Assembly (NCBI GenBank): GCA_965235115.1
Contig: OZ249438.1
Span: forward strand, 9,610,001 to 9,674,000
From: Laetmonice hystrix
Taxonomy: Eukaryota
Direction of reading: 5' to 3'
DNA: 64,000 bases
Position numbers and translations under genes: made by a program. The notes beneath the pieces were generated by a model, which saw nothing but the letters and a program-made list of their open reading frames with translations, searched no databases and had not been told where the DNA came from. The stretch's first letter is position 1. Every line of letters begins with the position of its first letter. Positions 25,063 through 37,980 of the stretch are shown one piece after another.

Positions 25063-25539
25063 CCGGGTCGTTAACACGTACGTTTACCTGCCACTGGTCG
25101 GGGCGAGTGGAGTTAGTCATCAACCCCTGTTTTTCAAGTAGTGAGATCCAGGAGGCCCGGAGGGGGTGGGGGTGTGGTGGTGGGGACGGGGGTGGGGGTG
25201 GAATCGTGTTTGGGCGGCGGAAACAGGGTTTCTGGGTAACGTGTAGATTTGACAGCGGCACCCCGCACCGCTACCAGAGCAGGGGAGAGAGACGGGGTGG
25301 CCGCCCTACTAAAACTAACAGAGCAGCGCTTGTACATACTTGTCATTTCAAGTTTTTACGCCTGCTCGTATGAAGGATGGTGTGCGCGATGACGGGTGAC
25401 AGGCCAGGAGGTGTGGGAGATGGTGGTTTGACGCCGTGTCGGGAACTTAGGTCATCTTCACGGCGAACGGAGGTGTGGGGTGTACTAACTGTAGCCATTA
25501 TATGGCCACTGGTTGTGCCTGATCCTCCTCCTTATCTGT

Positions 25540-26325
25540 GGTATGGCCACTGACTGTACCAGCCCCCACCCCTCCCGGCCCATGGTATGGCTACTGACTG
25601 TACCAGCCCCCACCCCTCCCGGCCCATGGTATGGCCACTGACTGTACCAGCCCCCACCCCTCCCGGCCCATGGTATGGCTATTGACTGTACCAGCCCCAC
25701 CCCTCACGGCTCATGGTATGGCTACTGACTGTACCAGCCCCACCCCTCACGGCTCATGGTATGGCTACTGACTGTACCAGCCCCACCCTTCACGGCCCAT
25801 GGCATGGCTACCGACTGTACCAGCCCCCACCCCTCCCGGCCCATGGTATGGCTACTGGCTGTACAAGCCCCAACCCTACCCATGATAAGGCAGCTCACTA
25901 CACCATCCCCCACCCATGATATGGCCACTGACTGTACTAGCCCCCACCCATGATATGGCCACTGACTGTACCAGCCCCCACCCATGATATGGCCACTGAC
26001 TGTACTAGCCCCCACCCATGATATGGCCACTGACTGTACTAGCCCCCACCCATGATATGGCCACTGACTGTGCCAGCCCCCACCCATGATATGGCCACTG
26101 ACTGTACAGGCCCCAGCCATGATATGGCCACTGACTGTACAGGCCCCAGCCCTACCCATGATAAGGCAGCTCACTGTACCAGCCCCCACCCATGATATGG
26201 CCACTGACTGTACAGGCCCCAGCCATGATATGGCCACTGACTGTACAGGCCCCAGCCCTACCCATGATAAGGCAGCTCACTGTACCAGCCCCCACCCATG
26301 ATATGGCCACTGACTGTACCAGCCC
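25540..26325. repeat. C-rich minisatellite, 44-bp units grading into ~34-bp units
   Basis: Core atggccactgactgtaccagccccca throughout. Confidence 0.93.
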
Positions 26326-29274
26326 ACTCCTCCACAACCGTGACTGGCGGTGGGCCTTTACCAGCCACCTTCCCAGCCCAGGGCATGCAATTGAGCGATT
26401 TAGTTCTGCAGCAAGTTTCAAACCTAAATCAAAATGTCATGCCATGGACGGTAACTTGTCCTTTATTGGTTGAGTGTTGACAGGGTTCTAACGGACCGGA
26501 CGGGGGCAGGGTTGAACTGTGCCCTCTTTAAGCTGGCTCTCAGCCATAAAATTACATTCTTGGACTTTTGTATATATAGCTCGGCAGATTCCCATCAAAG
26601 GTGGGATACGTGGTGCCAGTGGATCGGCCAATGAAGTGTGCCGGTTCGCAGCAAATGCCAAGACAAATTAAGTGGCGGTCGCCGACCCTGTGTTAGGCAG
26701 TTGTGAGGGGAGGTCGTGAGTTGGTCAGTAGCCACATGTATCATGGCCCGGTGAGGGATGAATTATTTAACGAATGGTTTGGGTCTGAGAGATTGGTTGT
26801 CAGACAGGCAAGGTGTCATCAGGATCGAGCCAGCTCCATGGGTATTTGAGAGGGACGGGGGTAGCTTTCCCCATCCCCCTCTCTGTCCCACCAGGCCCCA
26901 TTTTTCCTGATGAAGTTTTCGCTTGGGATAATTTGTTAAGCAGGGGGTGTCCGTGTGAATCACGTCGTCTGGTGACGGGTGTGGGAGGGTGTGTGGGAGG
27001 GTGACGGGTGGGGGGTTATTACGGTGGATGATAACATCACGACGACATTTAGGGGTAGGAACTAAATATCGATCACTATTCTTAACCCTAACCCTAACCC
27101 TTGAGCGCGGTCCCCAAACCTGCCCCCTAAAACTTACTCCTAACCCTAGTCCTGCCCCAACCCTCACACCTACCATGGGGCGTAACTCCGTATACATGTC
27201 GTACTCGGGAGGTGGGCAGTCGGCGGTGTAACACAACTTGTAGCTTGGCTCCATTGTTTCACAATCATCCCAAAGTTTTTTTTATCCGGCTTCATTAGAA
27301 TTCCTCTGTTGGCTGGAATACGGGGTACATTTAACGGGTATCCACAAAGATGTCTTTTGGGTACGTATAGATTACTCATATGTCTGCAGAAAGTCTTAAA
27401 TTGAAAAGTCTCTGCAGGGCAACTGGGAGCATTTCGTCGTATCGAACACGAGGTGTGTACTATAATTATATTATCGATTTTTACCTAAATTCGTCAAATC
27501 TTTAAACTTCAAAGATATTTTCTAAACTAAGCTTAAACCAGGCTGGATGATTATTGACGTTTCTTTTGACCCTGAAAGACTATCAAAGCTGGTTTCTTAG
27601 ACGGCATTAATATAGGAAAAGGTACTTACAACTCGCCAGAATGGTCTTAAAGGTTCTCAAAGTGAACCAGAGAAAAGGAGCACTGCCTCCAATATCGGAC
27701 AAGTAAACTTTATTGTCGCTGGCTGTCATTGTCAGTGTCCTGTGGCTGTGTGAGTGACCACTTCTGTCTGAAGTATAAGGTGACCGAGATAGCCACTAGA
27801 AACTTGACCACCCCGCCACAATGGAGATCTATAGATGCGCTGACGGCATTGACGAGAAATGACACCCATTGTATGTGCAGTCCCACAGGGGGGTCGGACC
27901 ACCTGTTGGGAGATCTTCAACTCTCTCCGGCCCTTCCCTATTCATTCAAGGTGTGCTGTCAGACAGCCTAATTGTTGGTTTGATTGACATGACTCTGGGT
28001 TCAGGCTCTAAATGGCCTCCGCCGATTTGATTGACATGACCCTAGGTACAGTCTCTAAAGGTGTTGTTCCTCGATTTGATTCCCATGGGTCCAGGTTGAA
28101 ACACTAAAAGTACTCCGCCGATTTGATTGTCATGACTCTAGGTCTAAAAGCACTCAAGGTTCTAAATTATGCGTTCCGTGGATTTGATTTCATGACTTCA
28201 GGTTCGGGCTGTAACGATTCGGAATTCCTGACATTATCATCTTCTGGAGTCGTCATTCCAATATAAAGCAGAGTCTCCGCTCAGATTTACCACAGACATG
28301 CCATCCTGGGGACAGACGGTATGAGTGGGGGTGTAGGGGGGGAGGTGTCACTGAGCCAAACGATGTCACTGATAGCATAAAAACTGGTGCTGGTCCAAAG
28401 ATATCTTCCCTGGCGGCAAGATGTTTCGCAGAAGTCTGCGTGGACTCGTTAAAGTCTCCCATATAGAGAAACCACATAACATAGAATTTATTCTACCGTA
28501 ATCTGTGGTAAAACGCAGCCCAGGCCTGGTCAGGCTTGGCCAGCCCCAGGCCTCTTATCGAGTAGGTCTACTCGTAATAACATAACCAGTCATATGAGGG
28601 GCGTTGCTTGTTTTGTGGTTTTGGGGGAAACAAAATTGTAAGTTATCTCACCATGTTCGTGCTCAGCTGTTATGTTAGAAAACGTGTTGCAGCACGGGGA
28701 CGTGTGGCGGTGGCATGAGAGGAGGTGGGGGGGGGGGGGGGGGTGCGGCTCGCCGCTGGCCCGGATACTGCACACCGACTAGTCTCTTACGGCCGCGGGT
28801 CGGCAGAGGCTAATGGCTATGTGAATGTATAATAGATATTCATAACAACACCCGGTATAATCATTTATAATCTTGGTATAACACATTGCCTATATGACCC
28901 CCACATTATTTATGTCTGTAATGTAAAGCATTTACTGAGGGTCTAGCATGTGTTGATGGCCTGGTCTTTGTGGTGAGTTATGTCCTATACACATGCGCAT
29001 TTTGGTATCGGAATGAAATCGTGTGTTTGGGTAAAAAGACAAAGCGTAGGCCAGGGAGGTTTTTAGTATTATTGCCACTTGTAAGATTGGGCATATGTTA
29101 GGAGTTAATCCAACATGGTGAGATAGAGATTGTAGTATATCTGTAGGTGTTAGGTTGTGGGCGAGTGGGAGATTCCGTCAGGGACTGGAGGCCGGAGGTC
29201 AACAGAGTGTTATCTAATAAAATACGGCGTCAGGTTGTTACCATATCTGACGGTCTCAAGGCATACGTACTGGG

Positions 29275-30296
29275 GCATTCCCAGGGGTTGGCCAGGGGGG
29301 GGGGCACCCACAGCAACTCACTGGAACATTCCCAGGGGTTGGTCAGGGGGCCCCACACCCACAGCAACAGAGTGGATCATTCCCAGGGGTTGGTCAGGGG
29401 GCCCCACACCCACAGCAACATACTGGAGCATTCCCAGGGGTTGGTCAGGGGGCCCCACACCCACAGCAACATACTGCAGCATTCCCAGGGGTTGGTCAGG
29501 GGGCCCCCACACCCACAGCAACACACTGGAGCATTCCCAGGGGTTGGTCAGGGGGCCCCACACCCACAGCAACATACTGCAGCATTCCCAGGCCCTGGTT
29601 TTTAGTTTGCAAGCCGAGTCTTAAGATTCAAATCTTAATATTAAACTATTGTTTCAGAGCTTCTGATTGGTCCTTCAAATGAAGTCAGCCAATGAGAGGC
29701 CATAACACAATTCAGTCTTAAATTTCCAGTCTTAAGATTGGTAAAATGACGAACTAAAAACCGGGCCCAGGGGTTGTACAGGCAGACCCCACACCCAGGG
29801 CAACACACTAGAACATTCCCACGGGTTGTACAGGCAGGCCCCCACACCCACAGCAGCACTGGAACATTCCCACGGGTTGGAGCATTCCCAGGGGTTGTAC
29901 AGGCAGCCCCCCTCCCCACAGCATCATACTGGATAATTCCCAGGGGTTGTACAGCCATACCCCCACACCCACAGCAACACACTGGAACATTCCCAGGGGT
30001 TGTACAAGCAGACCCCCACACCCACAGCAGCACTGGAACATTCCCACGGGTTGGAGCATTCCCAGTGGTTGTACAGGCAGCCCCCCCCCCCCAGCATCAT
30101 ACTGGATAATTCCCAGGGGTTGTACAGCCATACCCCCACACCCACAGCAACACACTGGAACATTCCCACGGGTTGGAGCATGATTCCCAGGGGTTGTACA
30201 GCCATACCCCCACAACCACAGCAACACACTGGAACATTCCCAGGGGTTGTACAGCCATACCCCCACACCCACAGCAACACACTGGCACATTCCCAC
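29275..30296. repeat. ~51-bp C-rich minisatellite, interrupted by a MITE
   Basis: Core cattcccaggggttg...ccccacacccacagcaacacactggaa; period 51 (29341 and 29392). Confidence 0.92.
29592..29767. mobile_element. 176-bp MITE, probably Harbinger-like
   Basis: Ends GCCCTGGTTTTTAGTT and AACTAAAAACCGGGCC (14/16 inverted match), flanked by CAG on both sides (29589-29591, 29768-29770). Removal restores the cattcccaggggttg unit. The TSD could also be read as CCAG or CA. Confidence 0.7.
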
Positions 30297-31996
30297 GAGT
30301 TTTGCGACCAACCCTCTACAGCGATTGTGGACCCAACACTTTTATTAACGAAAGTTCTCCAAACTGCCTTTCACGTAATCCAAACCTTCACAGAATCCAA
30401 AGGATTCACGCCATGATAGTGTTAAAGGGGAAATTCTGTACCTTTTGAAATGTTAGTCGTACTCAGCAGGGCTTCATGAACTATTGAATGGACATAAATC
30501 GGTCGGTCTGTTGTACACAGAATCGGTGTCATGCGTACATCCGTTCTGTTTGCGATTCAATCCTGTCACTTCATGTTCGTCAAGTTCAGATTCTTCGGGG
30601 TAACAACTTTCAGTATATATACAGAATTACTTGCTAAATCTCAGCTTCACCAAGGGTGGTGGGGAGGAGGGGGGTCGGACCCTTGGACAGGTACGGGGCA
30701 AATGGAGTTTCTGCCGGCTGATTTGTGGGGCAAACCGTCCTTGTGTAGGCCATACAATGAAAGCATTCTACGCTCTGTGAGGCTCGAGGTGAGAAAGTTC
30801 AGGTAAATATTTTTCAAGCCAAGATAGAGGCGGGAGTTATTATCCAGACCTCTTGTCTGGGTTCAATTTTCAAATCTTTGAAAGTTAGAATGCGCCCGGG
30901 GCGGCGTCCCCCAGCAGATGTCTATTCTAGGCCGCCAATTTTCAGGCAATCGTCTCGGACTTTTCAGGTCCATCGAAGCACAATTAATCATGGTTTAAAT
31001 GAGGCGGTTGGCTCGCAGCATCAGTGGACCCCATCACAAAGGTTGTGAGGGGAGCACGCGGCCCTGCCCCCAGCCATCTCAGTCGAATAATACAACTGCT
31101 GACAGATTTCCAAAGTGAAATATATGGTATTCTCATTGCGTGGCAAGTACCCTTTATTAACCAGAGGTTTTTTTCTCTATCAGAGATTATGCATGCATTT
31201 GACTGACGAGTGGATGCACTCACTACTTCTGATTGGAAGGTCTAGAGTTCGGAGCCACCGCCCGCTCGACCTCTTGCCTACACCCGACCATATTGTACTT
31301 CACAAGGACAAAGGCCTTTTCACACTCCCCGGAAAAAAGGGAGTCGTTTAGTTAAGGAAAGCACCACCTGCAGTCATTGGTGTGGTTGTTGAATGACCGT
31401 AGTCGGTGTTGCGTGGAGGGGGGAGGGGTGGGGTCTGCCTGGGATACCCCCCTCCCCCCCGGTCCACGGTACAATGACTGGTCTGTGCCGAGCCAGTTAG
31501 TTGAAGGTGCCAGTTCTTGCACTCAGACAACAATTACACAACACTTATTATGTGTGCCCCTTCAGGGGTAAAGCATTGTTCTCATTGTGTGTCACCAACT
31601 CGTGTTATAAAATCGTCCTTTCTTCGCTCGCCATGATAAGGTCATTTTGTGGATACGTTCTATTAGAAACCTTTGCCCTAGACATTATCGCTGTCGTAGT
31701 TAGCATACTAATTTGATATTTTAAAAAAGGTGATTGTTTAGAGGATAACTGCGATGCCGCATGTCGTGATTGTTGGTTTGAGGCTATTGGTGACGTTTTG
31801 AGTAGCGTGACGTCACAACTTGGCGTTCCTCGTATGGTGTCACTATGTGACGTAACTCCCCACTGTCTACAGGCGTGACGTGCGGGTCCAAATCAGGACA
31901 TGGCTGTGACGTCACCAAATGAACGATAATGAAGAGGTAGAGAGAGAGAGGCAGAGAAAGAGAGACAGGGACAGAGAGACATGCAGAGAGAGAGGC

Positions 31997-32128
31997 NNNN
32001 NNNNNNNNNNNNNNNNNNNNNNNNNNNNNNNNNNNNNNNNNNNNNNNNNNNNNNNNNNNNNNNNNNNNNNNNNNNNNNNNNNNNNNNNNNNNNNNNNNNN
32101 NNNNNNNNNNNNNNNNNNNNNNNNNNNN
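31997..32128. other. Assembly gap (132 N) next to a GA-rich microsatellite
   Basis: Run of N preceded by gagagagaggcagagaaagagagac...; true intron length is therefore uncertain. Confidence 0.99.
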
Positions 32129-32889
32129 TAGCTCGTTTCCCCGTCAGTGTATTGTCAGTTTCAACGAGAGCGTGATTAATTTCGAGGCGGTCTCAGATTT
32201 GTCCACCGAAACTTGCCTCCTGGGGCTGTACGTATTAACACCCGCCATCAATTGGTGTATTTTTAACTGGAGGCGTAATATGATAATAGATTTTCCTGCC
32301 AACTGAACTCCAATAGAAACGGCTGAAAATTCCCTCTGTATACCCCTGGAGACTATTCACTCTCTCTCAGCGATTACAGTGAATCAGAAATAACAAAGAC
32401 ATTCTGTTATTGCATTATTTCTTGTTAATTAAATCTCAATTTTATGGGTGGATTGCTGTGAAATTACTCTTGCTTACAAGATACGATCAGGAGACAGATA
32501 ATTATGATGCAGTTATTCAAATTATAGAGATGCTGGGATTTTTTTGTGGAGAGGGGAAGCATTTTAGGGGAGCAAATCTTCTTCAAAGAAAATGAAATGT
32601 GATTTGAATTATAGAGCGGTGGTTACAATCTGCCGCCTCCTCCGTCAAGGGCACTGATAACGGGAGTGTTTAATCCATTTGACGAGTCAGGGCTGTTCAA
32701 AAAGTGGTAAATATACGGAGGACTGTTAGGGACAAGAACATTCTCTGCACTACCACAGACACATCATTGGACATCAAAGGTACTGCTTGCCAAAATCCTC
32801 CCGCGACAGGTCACGTGACTGGCGCCGTCTGACCCCCACAGTTCATTATGTAGGTCAGAGGTGACGAACAGAGGCGGCCAGAGTACGTT

Positions 32890-33470
32890 ACAGGTTTAGA
32901 AGTAATAGCTAGGTTTGGTAGGATTGGTCATACAGGTTGTAGTAACAGCCAGGATTGGAAGGATTGGTCATACAGGTTGTAGTAACAGCCAGGATTGGTA
33001 GGATTGGTCATACAGGTTGTAGTAACAGCTAGGATTGGTATGATTGGTCATACAGGTTGTAGTAACAGCTAGGATTGGTAGGATTGGTCATACAGGTTGT
33101 AGTAACAGCTAGGATTGGTATGATTGGTCATACAGGTTGTAGTAACAGCTAGGATTGGTAGGATTGGTCATACTGGTTGTAGTAACAGCTAGGATTGGTA
33201 TGATTGGTCATACAGGTTGTAGTAACAGCTAGGATTGGTAGGATTGGTCATACAGGTGTAACAGCTAGGATTGGTAGGATTGGTCATACAGGTTGTAGTA
33301 ACAGCTAGGATTGGTAGGATTGGTCATACAGGTTGTAGTAACAGCCAGGATTGGTACGATTGGTCATACAGGTTGTAGAAACAGCTAGGATTGGTAGGAT
33401 TGGTCATACAGGTTGTAGTAACAGCCAGGACTGATAAGATTGGTTACACACATTGTATTAACAGCTAGGG
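32890..33470. repeat. 40-bp minisatellite (~14 copies)
   Basis: Unit aggattggtaggattggtcatacaggttgtagtaacagct. Confidence 0.95.
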
Positions 33471-35081
33471 GGCTCGCATGCCAAGGTCAGACAGGTTGTA
33501 TTTATAGAAGACTCATCCATTCCGTTTAAAGAATTGACAACATGCTTAAAGGCGAGAAAACGACTCATTTTACACTTTCTTTACGATTCTAAATTAACCA
33601 ATTTAAATGAACGAAATGTGTTTTGACAAAATGGTGATTTTATCGGTAAGTGATACGTTCTGGACGAGTTGATCCATTATCCGTGGTAACAAGCCCTGAC
33701 CCCTGCCGGGTGAGGTACTCCTCTAGTCGCCTGCCTTGCCTCATTTGGCCTAGTGTCAGCAGGTCTCCAGACCGTCTGTATTGTGGTGGCCCAGGGTAGA
33801 TGTGGTCGGCCCAGTATAGAGGTAATCAATAACGGATTTAAGAGTGGAAGCTCCATTTCTGCCTAAACACAGCAACCTGAACACCCCCCGCCCTCCCCAG
33901 GGGGACCGCATCATATACCCCCCCCCCCCCTTCCTCCTTCTCCTCCCCCGGCCTCACCGGCCTGGATTGATCAGGGAGAGATCTCGTCCCGGCCAGTGGC
34001 ACGGCTATTGTTGGGGTGTGGGTATACAGTCCGGGCAGCAGGCTCCAGGCGATCTGGGCTGCAGGTGATTACTTCCTATAGGCAGCAGGCTCCGGGCTGC
34101 AGGTGTAGGTCGTATGGTTTCCGGAAAGCAGGGTTGTTGGATTCTTGAGCTTTAAGGGGTAGCAGGTCCAGGGTCTGCAGGTTCCAGGCTGCAGGCGCCG
34201 ATCTCTACATCAGAATCTGTGGGTATTTTGTTAATGTATGGAATCGTTTTCCTAGAACATATAGATCTTCACAGGCGAGATATCGCACAAATCTCCGGCC
34301 AGCTCGGGCGATACAAAGCTTCTGTCGCAGGGTGTAAGCAACACTATGGATGAGAAATCCATTCACTGTAAAGTGTGATGTGTGAAGGTTATCAGGGTCA
34401 TAAATCAAGTGAACCTTTTTAACTCCTTGTCTCCCTTGAACATCGCCAGGAAGCCTGTTATAATCTACGCTCTGTAATAAGGAGGGGTGAGAGAAGCAGT
34501 GATCGTCTGGACACTGTAATCCCCCAGTGAGGAGGAAGTGATGCTGGAAGGTTGGGTCCCACTGTAATGCAGGGATGGTGCTGACAGACTGCGGACCACT
34601 GAGTCGGGCTGTGTGAGCCCGGCCCGGCGGCGGCGGCCCGGCGGAGGGGCCACCTTGATGGATCGGTGCGAATAGCTCCCACGAAATGGTTGAGGATCGA
34701 TGACCTCTGATGTGGGGGATACGTCGCCCCCCTCCCGGAGGGGGCAAGGAAAAGACTGCCAGGAAATATGAGTTCACTTCGTGGGAACTATCAAATGAAA
34801 ATGTGTGAAATCCAGAATGCTGTGATGACAGACCCGCCATGATGGATTTAAAATTTAACATTGAAAAGGTACTACAAATTATTCTGCTTGGGCAGTATGT
34901 GGTGGCGGATTTAGTATGGGAACTGGGGTCAGGGTGACAATGATAGGTCAAAATATAAAGTTGTTTGCCGTCATGATAGGCCATGCCCCCCCTCAGGGGT
35001 TCATGATTTTCTCAGTATATGTCATCAATTTATATTAGAGATAGCGTGAACAGTGACGGGTGTACGTGTGTACCCTGACAT

Positions 35082-35490
35082 GGTGTGTTCAGGGTTGGCA
35101 GTAGGCAGTCAACCCACGCCCTCCTTCTCGAGAGTCTCTCAATATGATTAGGACACCGTGTGTTCAGGGTGTGTTCAGGGTGTGTGTTCAGGGTTGGCAG
35201 TAGGCATTCAACCCACGCTCTCCTTCTCGAGAGTATCTCTCAATATGATTAGGACATCGTGTGTTCAGGGTGTGTTCAGGGTGTGTGTCCAGGGTGTGTG
35301 TTCAGGGTTGGCAGTAGGCAGTCAACCCACGCCCTCCTTCTCGAGAGTCTCTCAATATGATTAGGACACCGTGTGTTCAGGGTGTGTTCAGGGTGTGTTC
35401 AGGGTTTGTGTTCAGGGTGTGTGTTCAGGGTTGGCAGTAGGCATTCAACCCACGCCCTCCTTCTCGAGAGTATCTCTCAATATGATTAGG
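35082..35490. repeat. ~100-120-bp tandem repeat (4 copies) with variable internal gtgttcagg sub-repeat
   Basis: gtgttcagggttggcagtaggcagtcaacccacgccctccttctcgagagtctctcaatatgattaggac repeated four times. Confidence 0.9.
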
Positions 35491-35924
35491 AACACGGATT
35501 TCCCGGGGGACGAACAGCAAACGCTACTTTAACCTAGGAGGCCCGACCTGAGCTCTCTGCCCCTATATCACCGGACCAAGGCGGCTTTTTGTTGATAATT
35601 TACTGCGGAAAAATCGTGGGGGGTGGTATGGGAGGAGGAGGGGGGTGCGAGGAGGCGGGGGACTTTACGACTAGTGTTGTCGGGGGAGTACCATCGTACA
35701 GCGCCCTTCACCGACAAAAGCAGCAGGGGTAGGGAATGGTGGAGCAGGGGTAGGGAATGGTGGAGCAGGGGTAGGGAATGGTTGAACGCAGCAGAACTAC
35801 TTTCATGGCGGTTGTATTTTATATTACCTTTGATGATTCTCTGGGGATTTTCTTCACTGGCGGTCCTTCTGGTCAGAAATCCCATGGCTGATATCTGTGC
35901 TTGACACACACGGACCCCCTGTCA

Positions 35925-36318
35925 ATGGTCAGATACAGATCCCATGTTTACCTGGTCAGACACAGACACCCATGTTTACCTGGTCAGACACAGACACCCA
36001 TGTTTACCTGGTCAGACACAGATGCCATGTTTACCTGTTCAGACTCAGATCCCCATGTTTAGCTAGTCAGACACGGACACCTATGTTTACCTAGTCAGAC
36101 ACAGACACCTATGTTTACCTGGTCAGACACGGACACCCATATTTACCCAGTCAGACACAGACACCTATGTTTACCTAGTCAGACACGGACACCTACGTTT
36201 ACCTGGTCAGACACAGACACCCATGTTTACCTGGTCAGACACAGACCCCCATGTATACCTAGTCAGACACAGACACCTATGTTTACCTAGTCAGACACGC
36301 ACACCCATGTTTACCTAT
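35925..36318. repeat. 28-bp minisatellite (~14 copies)
   Basis: Unit ccatgtttacctggtcagacacagacac. Confidence 0.93.
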
Positions 36319-37980
36319 CATGACAGGTGTGGCAGACCTGATCATCCCCACCTGTGTACATTGCTCAGACCTGACACAGCGGGTGTAACTCGGTATAATC
36401 GACCAGATGAGGCTCACCAGGGGAGGAGGAGGAGGAGCCGGAGGAGCAGGGAGGGGGCAGGTGTATGTAACCGATGGCCTGACTCGCCCCCTCCGCCCTC
36501 CTCGTTTCATCTCAGTAGGTACAAGTGCTGGTTAGCTTTACCTGACCTTCCATCTTTGTGCGGTTCAGATCAAAGGGCGGCTGTCTGCCAGGGGCCAGGG
36601 CCAGTATCCCAGCCACATGACAGCTCAAGGAGCTCATCGCAGACGGTGAAGCTCTTCTTCCCTGGATTAGGCCCGCTTTACAATTGGCGTGGAATTCTCC
36701 TTATATTTCAAGGTCATCCGACTTGAAAACATCAAAATGTCTCGATTTTGAATTGGATCACAAATTGTTTTACCCTAGCCTTGGCATTCTTGGGAAATAT
36801 CACTTGTAATCCGGATTATTAGGTGTGTTTACTTACCCGGATTATTAGGTGTATTTACTTACCTTTCATATCGTAACCCCCCCTCCCCCCAGGTTTTCTA
36901 CAGTGTTGTACACTGTATTTCATGTAGTGCACACCAGCACTGTCTCGACCGCCCTCTGTGACACATCATGTCGTTCAAGAGGACACATGTGCTTCTAAAA
37001 CCTTCTCAAACGTCGGTCGCCGGAAAAAAATATCAGCTGAACAGTGTTAAACAAATTACCAGCTTCCTTAGCAAGCGTCGGAAATTCGATCACTTTTTTA
37101 GGGTAGCCATAGACACCCGGCTATTTATCTTGGCCCATTATGTGTAGTCGGTTGTGAGAGCGGGACCAGTTAATGGACGGTGTTCACTGGGAAACTGTTA
37201 GTGGGACGTTGTGGGCGGATGGGAAGGACTGATACATGCCAGTGACACTCTCTGGCATTGGCTGGGCGTTCTCAGGTGGGGGACGGTAGGTTACACGTAT
37301 CGGGTCTGATGAATGGGGGCATCTACAGGGAGAGAAAGCAGGCAGCAGGTCGTATTGACCAAACTGTCTCTATCAGGGGTAGTTGAGGTGGCCCCCTCCC
37401 CCTCCTCCGGTGGGGGAGGGGGTGGACGCTGCCGCCCGGATGGTGCGTGTCGCTGACGGTTCCACGGCGTCCTCCTGTATCAGTTGGTGTCAGTCTGGAG
37501 GGATGAGATTCTCCTGTGGTAATCAGCAGGGGGGCTGGAGCAGCGACAGGGGCTGAGTGGGGCTCAGTGCCTCCTCCATCCTTGCTTGTCCCCTCGGCCT
37601 CATCAGACTGATGTCCTTCGGGAGCAGGCAGAGTATCTGAAGACATCCCCTGTTTCCCTCACCCTGCTCCCGTCAACCAAGGACTTAGTGCCCCAAGTAG
37701 GGCCGGATCTAAGACGTTCTTAGGAAGGGGGGGGGGGGGCAAAAGGGGCGCTGACAATCGGGCAAAGCCCCAGGCCCTCGAGACAAGGGGCTTCTCTCCA
37801 TACCGTTGAGGGGGCATGTTTGGCGCTTCAACAAAGCGTCCATAAAATCTGTAATTTAAAGGTGGAATTTGATACATAAACTCTGGCGGCCCGTCCCTAG
37901 AATTGGGGTTCATCCTTTAAACTCAAAATCTCAATAAATTATATGTAAGAATGATGTCAATATCGTCTTGGTGTATTCGC

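Noticed and set aside
31919-32175. ORFs spanning the N run
   Set aside because: Artefacts of the assembly gap.
37856-37920. TTAA-AGGTGGAA...TTCATCCT-TTAA mini Kolobok-like element
   Set aside because: Only a 6/8 terminal match over 57 bp, which is compatible with chance. The shared GTTAAAGGGGAAAT near 16113 and 30421 also lacks partner ends.
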